Origin: Patescibacteria group bacterium
GTDB taxonomy: Bacteria > Patescibacteriota > Patescibacteriia > UBA1558 > GWA2-36-10
Reading direction: 5' to 3'
Assembly: GCA_041665545.1 (NCBI GenBank)
Contig: JBAYIQ010000004.1
Location: forward strand, 18,132 to 82,131
Length of the DNA stretch: 64,000 nucleotides
The position numbers were made by a program, and so were the translations under genes. The notes under the pieces are model-generated. The model made no database searches and was not told the origin of the DNA. It was given only the letters and a program-made list of their open reading frames with translations. Shown one piece after another: positions 8,652 through 17,961 of this stretch. The stretch's first letter is position 1, and the number at the start of each line of letters is the position of its first letter.

Positions 8652-9242
8652 ATGGCTCGTCAGAAGAGTGAGTTCGTGAGTGCCCTGGGCACGGCCTTCG
8701 AGATGATCAAGCTGATCGCCGAGGAGGTCTACTTCCTGGGTGGTAACGACAACAACATGCGGACGATCCTCAAGGATCGCAAGCTGCGTCAGCAGATCGC
8801 CAAGTTGTTGGTCGCCAACACCGGTGATGTCTGCGCGTTGGACATCTTCGGCAAGAGCATCGATGAGCTGGTAAGGCAGGGTAACTACGACTGGGCCAAC
8901 AACAGCATCAACGACCACAACTTCAAGGCGGACGAGATGCACCAGACCGAAGTCTTTCTCAAGCACTTCGGCCAGAACATGAGTATGGAGGCCGTGCTCA
9001 ATGCTCTGGATGCCGACGGCCTGCGTCCGGCGACCATGTCCGAGCTGCTCGGGTTCGGCATTCGCTATCCCGAACTGCAGCGGCAGTTCCCCATCGTGGC
9101 CCTCGGCTCTGTCTTGCAGTTTACCGGTGGTGGACGTCGTGCCGGTTGCCTCTACGGCAGTGCTGACGAGCGCAGGCTCGGTCTGAACTGGGTCGACGGT
9201 GACTTGAGCGGTGCCTATCGCGTCGCTGCTGTTCGCAAGTAA
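8652..9242 (+). CDS. GC-rich cassette 3: hypothetical protein (QRQFPIVALGS...RVAAVRK type)
   Basis: SD AAGGAGA before ATG 8652, high GC3, long structured leader, own terminator. Confidence 0.8.
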   Translation: MARQKSEFVSALGTAFEMIKLIAEEVYFLGGNDNNMRTILKDRKLRQQIAKLLVANTGDVCALDIFGKSIDELVRQGNYDWANNSINDHNFKADEMHQTEVFLKHFGQNMSMEAVLNALDADGLRPATMSELLGFGIRYPELQRQFPIVALGSVLQFTGGGRRAGCLYGSADERRLGLNWVDGDLSGAYRVAAVRK

Positions 9243-9310
9243 CTGGCACTTGGCCACTTGTGTCCTCGGGACTTGATTGTCCCTTTGACACTTGGCCTCG
9301 GCCAAATCGC

Positions 9311-9359
9311 AAGACTCCGCTTTAATCGCTTCAGTGTGATGGGCGGAGTTTTCTTTTTT
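9311..9359 (+). terminator. Terminator of cassette 3
   Basis: AAGACTCCGC...GCGGAGTTTT followed by CTTTTTT. Confidence 0.75.
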
Positions 9360-9385
9360 AAATAAAAAAACGCCAACCCCATACT

Positions 9386-9468
9386 GTCATTCCCGCGAAA
9401 GCGGGAATCTACTATTATTATACCAATGGCAAATCAATGGTAGATCCTGGATCAAGTCCGGGATGACA
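9386..9468. repeat. REP-like element (TGTCATTCCCGCGAAAGCGGGAATC type)
   Basis: TGTCATTCCCGCGAAAGCGGGAATCTAC...GTAGATCCTGGATCAAGTCCGGGATGACA; related to the element at 7713. Confidence 0.8.
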
Positions 9469-9528
9469 ATGAAAAACGGCGAATTAAAAGTCTAGTATTC
9501 TTGCGAGAAACCAAAACCCCGCACCAAC

Positions 9529-9603
9529 TGGTCCCCTCACCAGGAATCGAACCTGGATCTAGAGCTTAGGAGTCTCTTGTTCTATCCATTGAACTATGAG
9601 AGG
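9529..9603 (-). tRNA. tRNA-Arg(CCT)
   Basis: Cloverleaf: acceptor CCTCTCA/TGAGGGG, D-loop with TGG, anticodon loop CT-CCT-AA, GGTTCGATTCC T-arm, encoded CCA. Confidence 0.93.
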
Positions 9604-9722
9604 GTCAAGTGGTGCGGGGCAAACTCCAATCCAATCTACAAAGCACACGAGTGCCCTGTTTATTAAAAATAAGGGCTAGTTGTTTGTCCCTAATATTAGC
9701 TAATAGTTTGAGTCGTAATATA

Positions 9723-9851
9723 TTACTGAAGCATTTTGGTCAAAAACTGAGTACGGCTCTCAATCATATAAACTACCAAATAAATTACTAGGATTGCTCC
9801 AACAATAATTCCCAACCTTTTTAGTTCTGCTTTAATATTTTTGTCAGTCAT
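9723..9851 (-). CDS. 42-aa single-TM protein
   Basis: Manual translation: MTDKNIKAELKRLGIIVGAILVIYLVVYMIESRTQFLTKMLQ*. Confidence 0.6.
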   Translation of the reverse strand: MTDKNIKAELKRLGIIVGAILVIYLVVYMIESRTQFLTKMLQ

Positions 9852-9985
9852 AATAGTGTTTATTAATTAATGCCGTGTAATTTTAGTATATACGGCTGTT
9901 TTTGTCCATGGTTTTTTGTATTTCTTTGACAATTTTGGCTCCTTAAACTAAAATTAAGGTCGTTAATTTATAATAAAAAAATAAT

Positions 9986-10429
9986 ATGTTTGGTAAAAAA
10001 GAAGCAGTAGTAAGCACAAAAAATATTGAAACAATAATCGGCCCCTCGGTAAAAGTAGAGGGTAATTTTGCGGGTGAAGGAGATTTGGTCATTGAAGGTA
10101 TGCTGGTTGGCACCCTAAACACCAAAAATAACCTCAAAATCGGCTCTAGTGCCGTAGTAGAGGCCACTGTCCGGGCCAATAACGCCTTTATTGCTGGCCG
10201 AGTCAAGGGCAATATCACTATCAAAGGGCGACTAGAAATCACTAGCTCAGCCGTAATTGTCGGCGACATCAAGGCCGCGGTTCTGTCCATAGAGAGTGGC
10301 GCCTTGATTCAGGGCAATGTGGCTATGCCTTTCGGCGAAGCAAAACACGAGGAACACCGCCCTAATCCCAAAAAAGAAGTGAAGCGAGCTGAAAATGAGT
10401 TGCCCGAAGAAAAACCTTTGGAGTCATAA
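9986..10429 (+). CDS. Bactofilin (polymer-forming cytoskeletal protein)
   Basis: ETIIGPSVKVEGNF, beta-helix repeats, IESGALIQG. Confidence 0.9.
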   Translation: MFGKKEAVVSTKNIETIIGPSVKVEGNFAGEGDLVIEGMLVGTLNTKNNLKIGSSAVVEATVRANNAFIAGRVKGNITIKGRLEITSSAVIVGDIKAAVLSIESGALIQGNVAMPFGEAKHEEHRPNPKKEVKRAENELPEEKPLES

Positions 10430-10437
10430 ATTTTGTT

Positions 10438-11184
10438 ATGTATCTTTACATATACGATTCATTTTTGAGTGACAAAAAATATTCTGACCTCTTAGCCCAA
10501 ATTGAAAAACGCGTTACTGACTTGGGCATCAAGGGAAGAATTGCGCGTCTTTCGATTCTAAAAAATATGAAGGAGTTGATCACCGACGGAATCAAGTCTG
10601 GTGTTCAGACTGTGGTGGTCATTGGCAATGTTCAAACTTTTGCCAAAGTTATTAATATTGTGGCTGGCTTGGAAGTGGTGCTTGGTTTGATACCAGTGGA
10701 GAACGACAACAAGATTGCTAAGATGCTGGGCATACCACCAAAACTTTTGGCCTGCGATGTTATTGCTTCGCGCATTATAAAAAAAATTGACCTCGGTCTA
10801 ATCAATGGTCATTTTTTTGTGGGGCAAGCAGAAATTAATGATGCCAATGTTTTGATTGAGTATGACGGCTACAATGTGCGACCAACTACGGCTAATAATA
10901 ATATTACTATTTATAATTTTGCCGAGCGTTGTATAATACCAAATTCAACACCAGTTGATGGCGTGCTGGAGGTAGTGATCACACCAATGAAGTCTGGCGT
11001 CTTTGGTAAAAAAAATATTACTGGCACTATTTTACCTTTTTCCAAAATTAAAATAAGCACCGAGGGCGAGGAGCAGGTCTCCATCTTGACTGACGAACAG
11101 GTGATCATGAAGACGCCGGCTGAGATAAGTGTGGCGCCCCAAAAACTCCGAGTGATAGTGGGTCCAGAAAGATGTTTTGAATAA
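10438..11184 (+). CDS. Diacylglycerol-kinase-family-like protein
   Basis: VVVIGN..TF, LGLIPV, IDLG.ING, DGVLEV; degenerate DAGK fold. Confidence 0.65.
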   Translation: MYLYIYDSFLSDKKYSDLLAQIEKRVTDLGIKGRIARLSILKNMKELITDGIKSGVQTVVVIGNVQTFAKVINIVAGLEVVLGLIPVENDNKIAKMLGIPPKLLACDVIASRIIKKIDLGLINGHFFVGQAEINDANVLIEYDGYNVRPTTANNNITIYNFAERCIIPNSTPVDGVLEVVITPMKSGVFGKKNITGTILPFSKIKISTEGEEQVSILTDEQVIMKTPAEISVAPQKLRVIVGPERCFE

Positions 11185-11226
11185 AACCTAGTTTAGATAA
11201 CTAGTTTAGATGTGCAAAAAAACCGC

Positions 11227-11922
11227 CTAAATTGAGGCGGTCTTTTTTTTGAAACCCAGCACCATATATTGCTGGAGTATTGAGAAAAGTGTAGTAAATA
11301 GCCAATAAAGCGTCAAGCCAGCCGGCAAATTGCCACCGATGACGATCGTAAAAATCGGCATAAAATAAATCATCTGATTGGTCATTATTTTGGACATGCC
11401 GGTTTGTTGTGATTTGCCCATCAACATCTTGGACTGCCAAAATTGAGCCACTCCGGCTAATATAGCAATGATCCAATTCTTGCTAGCCAAATTAATAAAG
11501 CCAAAAGCAATTATGTTTAGTTGGCCGGGATTTTGAACAAAAGAATACAAGGCGCCATTGCTGTTGTCTTTGGTCAAGCCGTTTAAAAAAACTTGGTACA
11601 GGGCAATCAAAAATGGTAATTGTATTAAGGTTGGCAAACAAGAAGAAAAGGGATTTATTTTTCTTTCTTTGTAGAGGGCCATAAGCTCAGGCGCCATCTT
11701 TTCTTTGTCATCTTTGTATTTTTCTTTGATCTTTTCTATTTCCGGTTGAATGGTTTGCAATTCTTTTTGCGACTTGATGGCTTTTTGAGAAAAGGGATAT
11801 AAGGCCAATCTAATAACCAAAGTGATTAGAATGATGGCCACGCCCAAATCCTTACCAGGAACCAGGTTGTACAAAAAAATCAGTAAGTTGTAAATTGGTT
11901 GATAAAAAATTGTGTAAAACAT
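11227..11922 (-). CDS. yidC: Membrane protein insertase YidC
   Basis: QPEIEKIKEKYK, NPFSSCLPTLIQLP, PAGLTLYW; conserved context. Confidence 0.95.
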   Translation of the reverse strand: MFYTIFYQPIYNLLIFLYNLVPGKDLGVAIILITLVIRLALYPFSQKAIKSQKELQTIQPEIEKIKEKYKDDKEKMAPELMALYKERKINPFSSCLPTLIQLPFLIALYQVFLNGLTKDNSNGALYSFVQNPGQLNIIAFGFINLASKNWIIAILAGVAQFWQSKMLMGKSQQTGMSKIMTNQMIYFMPIFTIVIGGNLPAGLTLYWLFTTLFSILQQYMVLGFKKKTASI

Positions 11923-11925
11923 ATT

Positions 11926-12201
11926 TTATTTGATTGGATCAATTCCGCCCTTTGACCAGGGGTTACAGCGCGCTATGCGCCAAAGCGATAAATAAATTCC
12001 TTTTATGGTTCCGTGTTTTTCAAACGCCTGTCGACTATATTCCGAACAATGCGGATGAAAGCGACAAAAACCATGGGGGAAAAATATTTTTAAGTATCCT
12101 TGGTCTGGCGAAAATATTTTTTGATAAATTTTAATTAAAAAAATAAATATACTAGCCAACAAGTGGTCGATTATCTTTATTGCTCTTAACATTGCTTTCA
12201 A
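11926..12201 (-). CDS. yidD: Membrane protein insertion efficiency factor
   Basis: CRFHPHCSEY, RCNPWSKGGIDP. Confidence 0.93.
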   Translation of the reverse strand: MKAMLRAIKIIDHLLASIFIFLIKIYQKIFSPDQGYLKIFFPHGFCRFHPHCSEYSRQAFEKHGTIKGIYLSLWRIARCNPWSKGGIDPIK

Positions 12202-12538
12202 TATACAGGCGAGTTGTTTTTAAAGCAAATTGGAATTGCTTCTGCAAATCTGGCAGAGTAAGCCCAACACAGCTTTTTTTGGCTATAAACAAAATGTCTA
12301 CTCCGACTTTAATTTTGCTTAGTTCTGGTCTAATGGCCTCCCGCATACGACGCTTGGTCTTGTTTCTAACAACGGCCCGCTTATCCACCTTAGTAGAAAC
12401 AACAAAGCCCAGACGTAGCAAATTTTGGTTATTATATTGATATTTGAGGGTTAATTGGGGTAAAAAAAAAGTTTTGCCCCCACGGACCAAGTTTTTGATA
12501 TCCTTATCTGCGTGTAGCCTAAATTTTTTAGGCAACAT
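12152..12538 (-). CDS. rnpA: RNase P protein component
   Basis: RLGFVVSTKV, AVVRNKTKRRMRE. Confidence 0.93.
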   Translation of the reverse strand: MLPKKFRLHADKDIKNLVRGGKTFFLPQLTLKYQYNNQNLLRLGFVVSTKVDKRAVVRNKTKRRMREAIRPELSKIKVGVDILFIAKKSCVGLTLPDLQKQFQFALKTTRLYIESNVKSNKDNRPLVG

Positions 12539-12541
12539 AAT

Positions 12542-12682
12542 TTAGAGACTTATTTTCTTTCGGCCCCTGGCTTTTCGTCTTTTCAAGACTTTTCGACCAT
12601 CTTTGGTGGCCATGCGCTTCATAAAGCCGTGCTTTCTGGCTCTTTTTCTTTTTTTTGGTTGGTATGTCCTTTTTGTTGCCAT
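12542..12682 (-). CDS. rpmH: 50S ribosomal protein L34
   Basis: Manual translation: [46 protein letters not shown]. Confidence 0.97.
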   Translation of the reverse strand: MATKRTYQPKKRKRARKHGFMKRMATKDGRKVLKRRKARGRKKISL

Positions 12683-12841
12683 ATAAAATTAAATTACCTA
12701 AATAAAATAACATATTTACTTAATTTAATCAAGGGGAGTCACCAACTTGATTATACCCACATTTTATTAACAATTTATGCACTCTCGGTCTTATTTGAGC
12801 ATTTAAAAATATGTGGTATATTTACTGCAGTTTGTAAAAAC

Positions 12842-14212
12842 ATGGATAATTACGAAAAAATTTGGCAAAGTGTCCTGGGTCAACTGGAGTTATTGATCAG
12901 TAGGGCTAATTTTACCACCTGGTTCAAAAATACCTTTTTGGCCGAGTTTGATAACCAGCAAGTTGTGGTTGGGGTACCCAATTCCTTTACCAAGGTTTGG
13001 TTAGAAAAGAAGTATCACGATCACATTACTAAGGCCCTGGAAGACACCTTATCAAAAAGTAATCTACAAGTTATCTACAGGGTGGAAAATAGGGAAAGTT
13101 TAGCTAATATTAGCAAAAATGTTGAGATTGTTGACAAGCCAAGCGAGGAGCTTGTGCACAACCAAAGCCCACAGCCAAAGGCAAGTAATAAGTATGGTTT
13201 AAACCAAAATTATACCTTTAATTCCTTTGTTGTTGGCCCAGGCAATGAGCTGGCCCAGGCAGCAGCTATGGCCGCAGCCCAAAAACCCGGCGAAATGTAT
13301 AACCCTTTGTTTATATACGGGGGTGTGGGTTTGGGCAAAACCCATCTAGCCCAGGCCGTTGGTAACTATATTTTGGCTAAAAATCCACAAAAAAAGGTCC
13401 TTTATATCAATAGCGAAAAATTCACTAATGACTTTATTTTTGCTATAAAAAGGGGCCAAACAGATGAATTTAAGAACATTTATCGCAATGTGGATGTCTT
13501 ATTGATAGATGATATTCAGTTTATTGCTGGAAAAGAGCAGACCCAAGAGGAGTTTTTTCACACCTTCAACGCTCTACACCAAAATAACAAGCAAATTGTG
13601 CTTTCTTCTGATCGACCACCCAAAGCGCTGGGTGGGGTGGAAAATCGTTTGATTTCCCGTTTTGAGTGGGGCATGATTGCTGATATTTCTTTTCCTGACT
13701 TAGAAACCAGGGTGGCTATTTTGGAAATAAAATGCCAACAAAAAAATTATCATTTAGAAAAAGCCCTAGTACAACTGGTGGCCGAAAGTATTCAAGAAAA
13801 TATCCGCGAGCTAGAAGGAGCACTAAACAGGATTATTGCTTTTCATCAACTGAACAATACGCGACCTTCTTTGGAAAGTGTGCGCTCACTTTTGGGTGGC
13901 ATTTCCGCCAATCCAAAAAAAGCCGGACTAACTACTAAAAAATTATTAAAAACTGTTATTGAATTTTTTGATATTAGTATGGATGAGTTGCTTGGTGCCA
14001 GTCGCAAAAAAGAATTGGTCATGCCGCGACAAATTGCCATGTACTTGATGCGCGAACAACTAAAATCATCCTTCCCAAACATTGGACACGAAATTGGTAG
14101 TCGCGATCACACCACAGCCATGCATGCTTGTGTGAAAATATCTGAATTAGTAGCGACTGATGAACGCGTAAAAAATGATATTGCTGTACTCAAACAAAAG
14201 CTCTATGAATAA
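12842..14212 (+). CDS. dnaA: Chromosomal replication initiator DnaA
   Basis: YNPLFIYGGVGLGKTH, DDIQF, RELEGAL, RDHTT. Start at ATG 12842. Confidence 0.97.
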   Translation: MDNYEKIWQSVLGQLELLISRANFTTWFKNTFLAEFDNQQVVVGVPNSFTKVWLEKKYHDHITKALEDTLSKSNLQVIYRVENRESLANISKNVEIVDKPSEELVHNQSPQPKASNKYGLNQNYTFNSFVVGPGNELAQAAAMAAAQKPGEMYNPLFIYGGVGLGKTHLAQAVGNYILAKNPQKKVLYINSEKFTNDFIFAIKRGQTDEFKNIYRNVDVLLIDDIQFIAGKEQTQEEFFHTFNALHQNNKQIVLSSDRPPKALGGVENRLISRFEWGMIADISFPDLETRVAILEIKCQQKNYHLEKALVQLVAESIQENIRELEGALNRIIAFHQLNNTRPSLESVRSLLGGISANPKKAGLTTKKLLKTVIEFFDISMDELLGASRKKELVMPRQIAMYLMREQLKSSFPNIGHEIGSRDHTTAMHACVKISELVATDERVKNDIAVLKQKLYE

Positions 14213-14445
14213 ACTGTTGACTAGTTGGTGGGCGCTTGTGTAAATCTCCTGGAAAATAATTTTTTTTAAAAGACAAGATTAAAATCGCGACTTTCTGCAC
14301 AGAGTTATCAGGTGGTCGTGCACAAGACAAATAGATAAATAAACACAAAATCACTGAACAAATACTTTATACAGCTCAAACTTATCAACATATGCACCGC
14401 GCCTACTACGGCTATATAATATATATATAAATTAATAATAAGTAT
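14213..14445. other. Probable oriC (dnaA-dnaN intergenic region)
   Basis: Degenerate DnaA boxes (TTATCAACA, TGCACA variants) and an AT-rich ATATAATATATATATAAATT tract; gene orientation flips around dnaA. Confidence 0.65.
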
Positions 14446-15552
14446 ATGAAAATTATTTGCACGCAAGAAAATTTAAATTACGGATTGGGATTAGTTTCAC
14501 ATATCGCCAATAAAAACAGTAATTTGCCCATATTAAACAATGTTTTGATTAAAGCGGAGAAAGAGGGCATTACTCTAATAACCACTGATCTAGAAATCGG
14601 CGTAAAGGTTTTTGTGCGTAGCAAAGTAGAGGAGGAAGGCGCCTTTACCGTGGATGCTAAACTGTTAAATAGTTTTATTAATTTATTACCAAAAGAAAAC
14701 ATTACCCTGACCTTGGGCGAGGATAATAGTTTGGAAGTGAAAAGTAAAAATCAAGACACGGCCATTCGCGGCATGGAAGCCGAAGACTTTCCACTCATAC
14801 CAGAAATTTCTAAAGACAATGAAATTGAAGTGTCGTCTTTGGATCTCAAAAAAAGCTTGAGCCAAGTAATATTTGCCGCTTCACTGGACAACACTAGAAT
14901 AGAAATAAACGCGGTCAATTTTAATTTCAAGGGAGAGCAATTAACCTTGGCCGCCACTGATAGTTATCGTCTAGCCGAAAAGAAAATAAAAATTGCCAAC
15001 CAAAGTAAAGAAAGCAATTTAATAATCCCCCTAAAAACCCTACAAGAATTATTGCGCATTTTAAATGAAAATTCTGAAAAAAATCTAAAAATATATTTTA
15101 ACGAAAATCAAATAATGTTTTCACTGGATGGTGTGGAGCTAGTCTCCAGAGTAATTGACGGCAACTATCCAGACTACAAGCAAATTATTCCCGACAAATT
15201 TAATACCAACATCAAGTGCGATGCTGATAAATTATTGCCAGCCATCAAAGCAGTTTCTCTTTTTTGTAAGCAGGGGATTAACGACATTAGGGTAAGCTTC
15301 GACAACGCTACCAATGAAATTGTTATTACCACCGCCTCATCGCACGCTGGAAAAAGTCTGGCCAAGGTGCCAGCCGAAATAAGCGGAGAAAACAACGACA
15401 TTGTTTTCAATTATCGTTATATTATAGACGGATTAAACAATATTGATCAAAAAGAGGTGTTTATTAATATAAACAACAACACTTCGCCGGGATTGATAGG
15501 GCCAGTGGGCCATGACGACTATATTTACCTGGTTATGCCGATTAGACAATAG
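14446..15552 (+). CDS. dnaN: DNA polymerase III beta clamp
   Basis: TTDLEI, AATDSYRLA, GNYPDY, VMPIR. Confidence 0.97.
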   Translation: MKIICTQENLNYGLGLVSHIANKNSNLPILNNVLIKAEKEGITLITTDLEIGVKVFVRSKVEEEGAFTVDAKLLNSFINLLPKENITLTLGEDNSLEVKSKNQDTAIRGMEAEDFPLIPEISKDNEIEVSSLDLKKSLSQVIFAASLDNTRIEINAVNFNFKGEQLTLAATDSYRLAEKKIKIANQSKESNLIIPLKTLQELLRILNENSEKNLKIYFNENQIMFSLDGVELVSRVIDGNYPDYKQIIPDKFNTNIKCDADKLLPAIKAVSLFCKQGINDIRVSFDNATNEIVITTASSHAGKSLAKVPAEISGENNDIVFNYRYIIDGLNNIDQKEVFININNNTSPGLIGPVGHDDYIYLVMPIRQ

Positions 15553-15602
15553 CTTGTGGAAATGTTTTTTGGCAAATTATTATAAATTTGCTATAATATA
15601 TT

Positions 15603-15710
15603 GACACTCGAAAATACCTGCGTCGAACAGGGATTTGTCGGGCGCTATAGAGATATGTAATTTCAGAAATGAAGCAAGAAACATCCGTGCGCGATCTAGG
15701 GTGTTTTTTG
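15603..15710 (+). ncRNA. Candidate structured small RNA
   Basis: Promoter TTGGCA-17-TATAAT (15569-15597); 5' GACACTC pairs with 3' GGGTGTT followed by a U-tract; internal TTCA-GAAA-TGAA hairpin; no ORF. Confidence 0.45.
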
Positions 15711-15714
15711 TTTT

Positions 15715-15757
15715 ATATAAATGAAACCCGCCCACAGAACCGTAGTTCTGGGGCGGG
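15715..15757 (-). terminator. Terminator of cassette 4
   Basis: ACCCGCCCCAGAAC-TACG-GTTCTGTGGGCGGGT followed by TTCATTT. Confidence 0.75.
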
Positions 15758-15777
15758 TGAGGGGTGGAAGTGGGGTC

Positions 15778-16248
15778 CTACTTCTTGGGCTTGATCTTGG
15801 CCAGGCTGGCGGTCTTGAAGCGCCCGAAGGCGCGCTTGACCTGGCGCTTGTAGTCCAGGCCATAGTGGACGGCCAACCACTGTCCCTGAAGCGCGAGCAC
15901 TTCGGGGTCGAGATGGAATTTCTTCCAATCCCTGAGAAGGTGGGCGGTCATGGCCGGCTTGATCCGAGTCACGCGGCGTCGGTTCTTGCTAGCGTCAGGC
16001 TTGACGCGGGCCAGCCGTTTGCGCAGCTTGCCCTGCCTGGAATGCAAGCCGCGAACCTCTTGTCGCAGACGAGAGCGCTGGGCGGATTGACGTCTGTTGG
16101 CCAACTCCAGGCGCGAGATCCTGGCCTGAGACGCTGCCAAACCGGCGGCCAGGTCTTTGAGCGCTTTGTCCACACGGCGCTCGAAGCGGGTCTGTGCTGC
16201 TGCTGTTGAGCGACGCAACGCTGGTAAGGATTGTTTTCGACGGGTCAC
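15778..16248 (-). CDS. GC-rich cassette 4: very basic Arg/Lys-rich coiled-coil protein
   Basis: GTG start after SD AAGGAGG; promoter and terminator both point to the minus strand. Confidence 0.7.
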   Translation of the reverse strand: MTRRKQSLPALRRSTAAAQTRFERRVDKALKDLAAGLAASQARISRLELANRRQSAQRSRLRQEVRGLHSRQGKLRKRLARVKPDASKNRRRVTRIKPAMTAHLLRDWKKFHLDPEVLALQGQWLAVHYGLDYKRQVKRAFGRFKTASLAKIKPKK

Positions 16249-16293
16249 GTAAGGTCCTCCTTGTGTTTGGGCGGAACAGCGGCTGAATTGCCG

Positions 16294-16330
16294 AACACTA
16301 TTTTATACACCATAATCACATTTTTGTCAA
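16294..16330 (-). promoter_or_regulatory. Cassette 4 promoter
   Basis: TTGACA-17 nt (ending TGGTG)-TATAAA-ATAGTGTT. Confidence 0.85.
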
Positions 16331-16372
16331 CAGTAAATTGCCCAGATATTTTAAATTTGTTATTATAAGGGC

Positions 16373-16939
16373 ATGATAGCTTATCTGAAGGGTAGTGTAT
16401 TAAAAAAAGACCAAAAAGCCACCATTATAAACGTTAATGGCGTTGGCTATGAGGTTTTTTTGAAAAATAAGGACATTGCCAATCTCCAAATCAACGAATT
16501 TGTGGAGTTTTTCATTCATTCTTATATAAAAGAAGACGCCTTAGACCTATACGGCTTTGTTAATCCAGAAGAATTAGCTTTTTTCAAGCAACTACTTCAG
16601 GTGTCTGGTGTTGGCCCAAGGACGGCCATGAGCGTCATGTCTTTGGCTGAAGTGTTGGATTTGAAGAGGGCCATTACCAGTGGCAATCCCAGCTTCTTAC
16701 AACAAGTCTCTGGTATTGGCAAAAAAACAGCCGAGCGCCTGGTGGTGGAGCTGAAGGAAAAATTTATTGATGAGGTGTCGGCCGACGGTGCTCTTATCAA
16801 CACGGACCAGCAAGTAATATCGGCCCTAGTCTCCTTGGGCTACAAAGAGCGCGAGGTCATGGACATGACCAGGGGCCTGGAACTAGAAGGCGATTTGTCA
16901 GACAAAATAAAACAAGTTTTAAAAAATACCAAAAAATAA
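16373..16939 (+). CDS. ruvA: Holliday junction DNA helicase subunit RuvA
   Basis: MIAYLKG, NGVGYEV, VSGVGPRTA, GIGKKTAERLVVELK. Confidence 0.96.
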   Translation: MIAYLKGSVLKKDQKATIINVNGVGYEVFLKNKDIANLQINEFVEFFIHSYIKEDALDLYGFVNPEELAFFKQLLQVSGVGPRTAMSVMSLAEVLDLKRAITSGNPSFLQQVSGIGKKTAERLVVELKEKFIDEVSADGALINTDQQVISALVSLGYKEREVMDMTRGLELEGDLSDKIKQVLKNTKK

Positions 16940-16941
16940 TT

Positions 16942-17961
16942 ATGAACATAGTTGTTGACCAAGAAAAAAACTATGATAATTTGTTGTATCGAAATTTTAT
17001 TTCGAGCAACTTTTTGCAGAGCAGTATTTGGAAAGATTTTTTAAAAAGACAGAATAAAAAATATTGGCCACTAGTAGCCACAGATGACGGTGTTGTTTTA
17101 GCCCTGTGCTTAATGTATGAGACCGACCTACCATTGGGCTTGAGTTATTTGACAGCCCCCAAGGGCCCAATTTTTTTAAAAAAAATAAGTGAAGAAAAAA
17201 AACAAGAATTAAGTAAACTACTTTTATCAAAGGCCAGAGACATTTGTTTGTCAACAAAAAAAAGAGAAGAAATATTTTGTCGTTTGGAGCCAAATACGGA
17301 TATCAAAATTCCTAAATTAAGAAAAAGCAGAGACATTCACCCGCGTGATACTTGGATTTTAGACTTGCAACAAAGTGAAGAAGAAATTTTGAACAAGATG
17401 CATCCCAAAGCCAGATACAATATTTCTTTGGCCAAAAAAAATGGTGTCCAAATAAAATTTAGTAAAGAAAAAAATGATCTTAACGAATTTTTGCGCTTGA
17501 TAAAACTAACTGCGACGCGCAATCAGATTTCTGTACACAGCGAGGAGTATTATAAATTACTATGGGAAACATTGGTGGACAATCGGGCCGGCGTTTTGGC
17601 TGTGGCCGAATACCATAGCGAGGTAATTGCCGCCAACCTTTTGGTAAATTTTGGTCAGAGTTGCACCTATTTGCATGGCGGTTCAGATTATAAACACAGA
17701 CACTTGATGGCCCCACACCTTTTGCAGTGGGAGAGTATTAGGCAAGCCAAGCAGGCCGGCTTTCTGGTTTATGATTTTTGGGGTATTGCGCCCAAGGATT
17801 CAAGCCAACCTCGCTGGGAAGGCATTACGCGCTTTAAGAAGGGCTTTGGTGGGCAACGCGTAGCTTCGCCGGGGGCTTACGATTTTATTTATCATCCCAC
17901 CTGGTATCAGGTCTATCATCATGGTCGAATGTTAGCTAATAAAATAAGAAATTTCCGATGA
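16942..17961 (+). CDS. FemAB/FemX-family peptidoglycan peptidyltransferase
   Basis: FLQSSIW, PKGP, KARYNI, YDFWGI, FKKGFGG. Confidence 0.88.
   Translation: MNIVVDQEKNYDNLLYRNFISSNFLQSSIWKDFLKRQNKKYWPLVATDDGVVLALCLMYETDLPLGLSYLTAPKGPIFLKKISEEKKQELSKLLLSKARDICLSTKKREEIFCRLEPNTDIKIPKLRKSRDIHPRDTWILDLQQSEEEILNKMHPKARYNISLAKKNGVQIKFSKEKNDLNEFLRLIKLTATRNQISVHSEEYYKLLWETLVDNRAGVLAVAEYHSEVIAANLLVNFGQSCTYLHGGSDYKHRHLMAPHLLQWESIRQAKQAGFLVYDFWGIAPKDSSQPRWEGITRFKKGFGGQRVASPGAYDFIYHPTWYQVYHHGRMLANKIRNFR

Noticed and set aside
8604-9305. 233-aa antisense ORF over cassette 3, and similar antisense ORFs at 15721-16209, 2530-3022 and 7799-8104
   Set aside because: Expected shadow ORFs of GC-rich coding DNA; SD, terminator and (where present) promoter support the opposite strand.
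7800-9603. tRNA-Arg as integration site of a genomic island
   Set aside because: No duplicated tRNA 3' end and no integrase seen.
12528-12841. ORF-track 61-aa ORF and extended dnaA N-terminus
   Set aside because: rpmH occupies another frame, and dnaA starts at ATG 12842.
15603-15710. Firm SRP RNA call
   Set aside because: The conserved CAGG of the symmetric loop is absent; kept only as an unidentified candidate.
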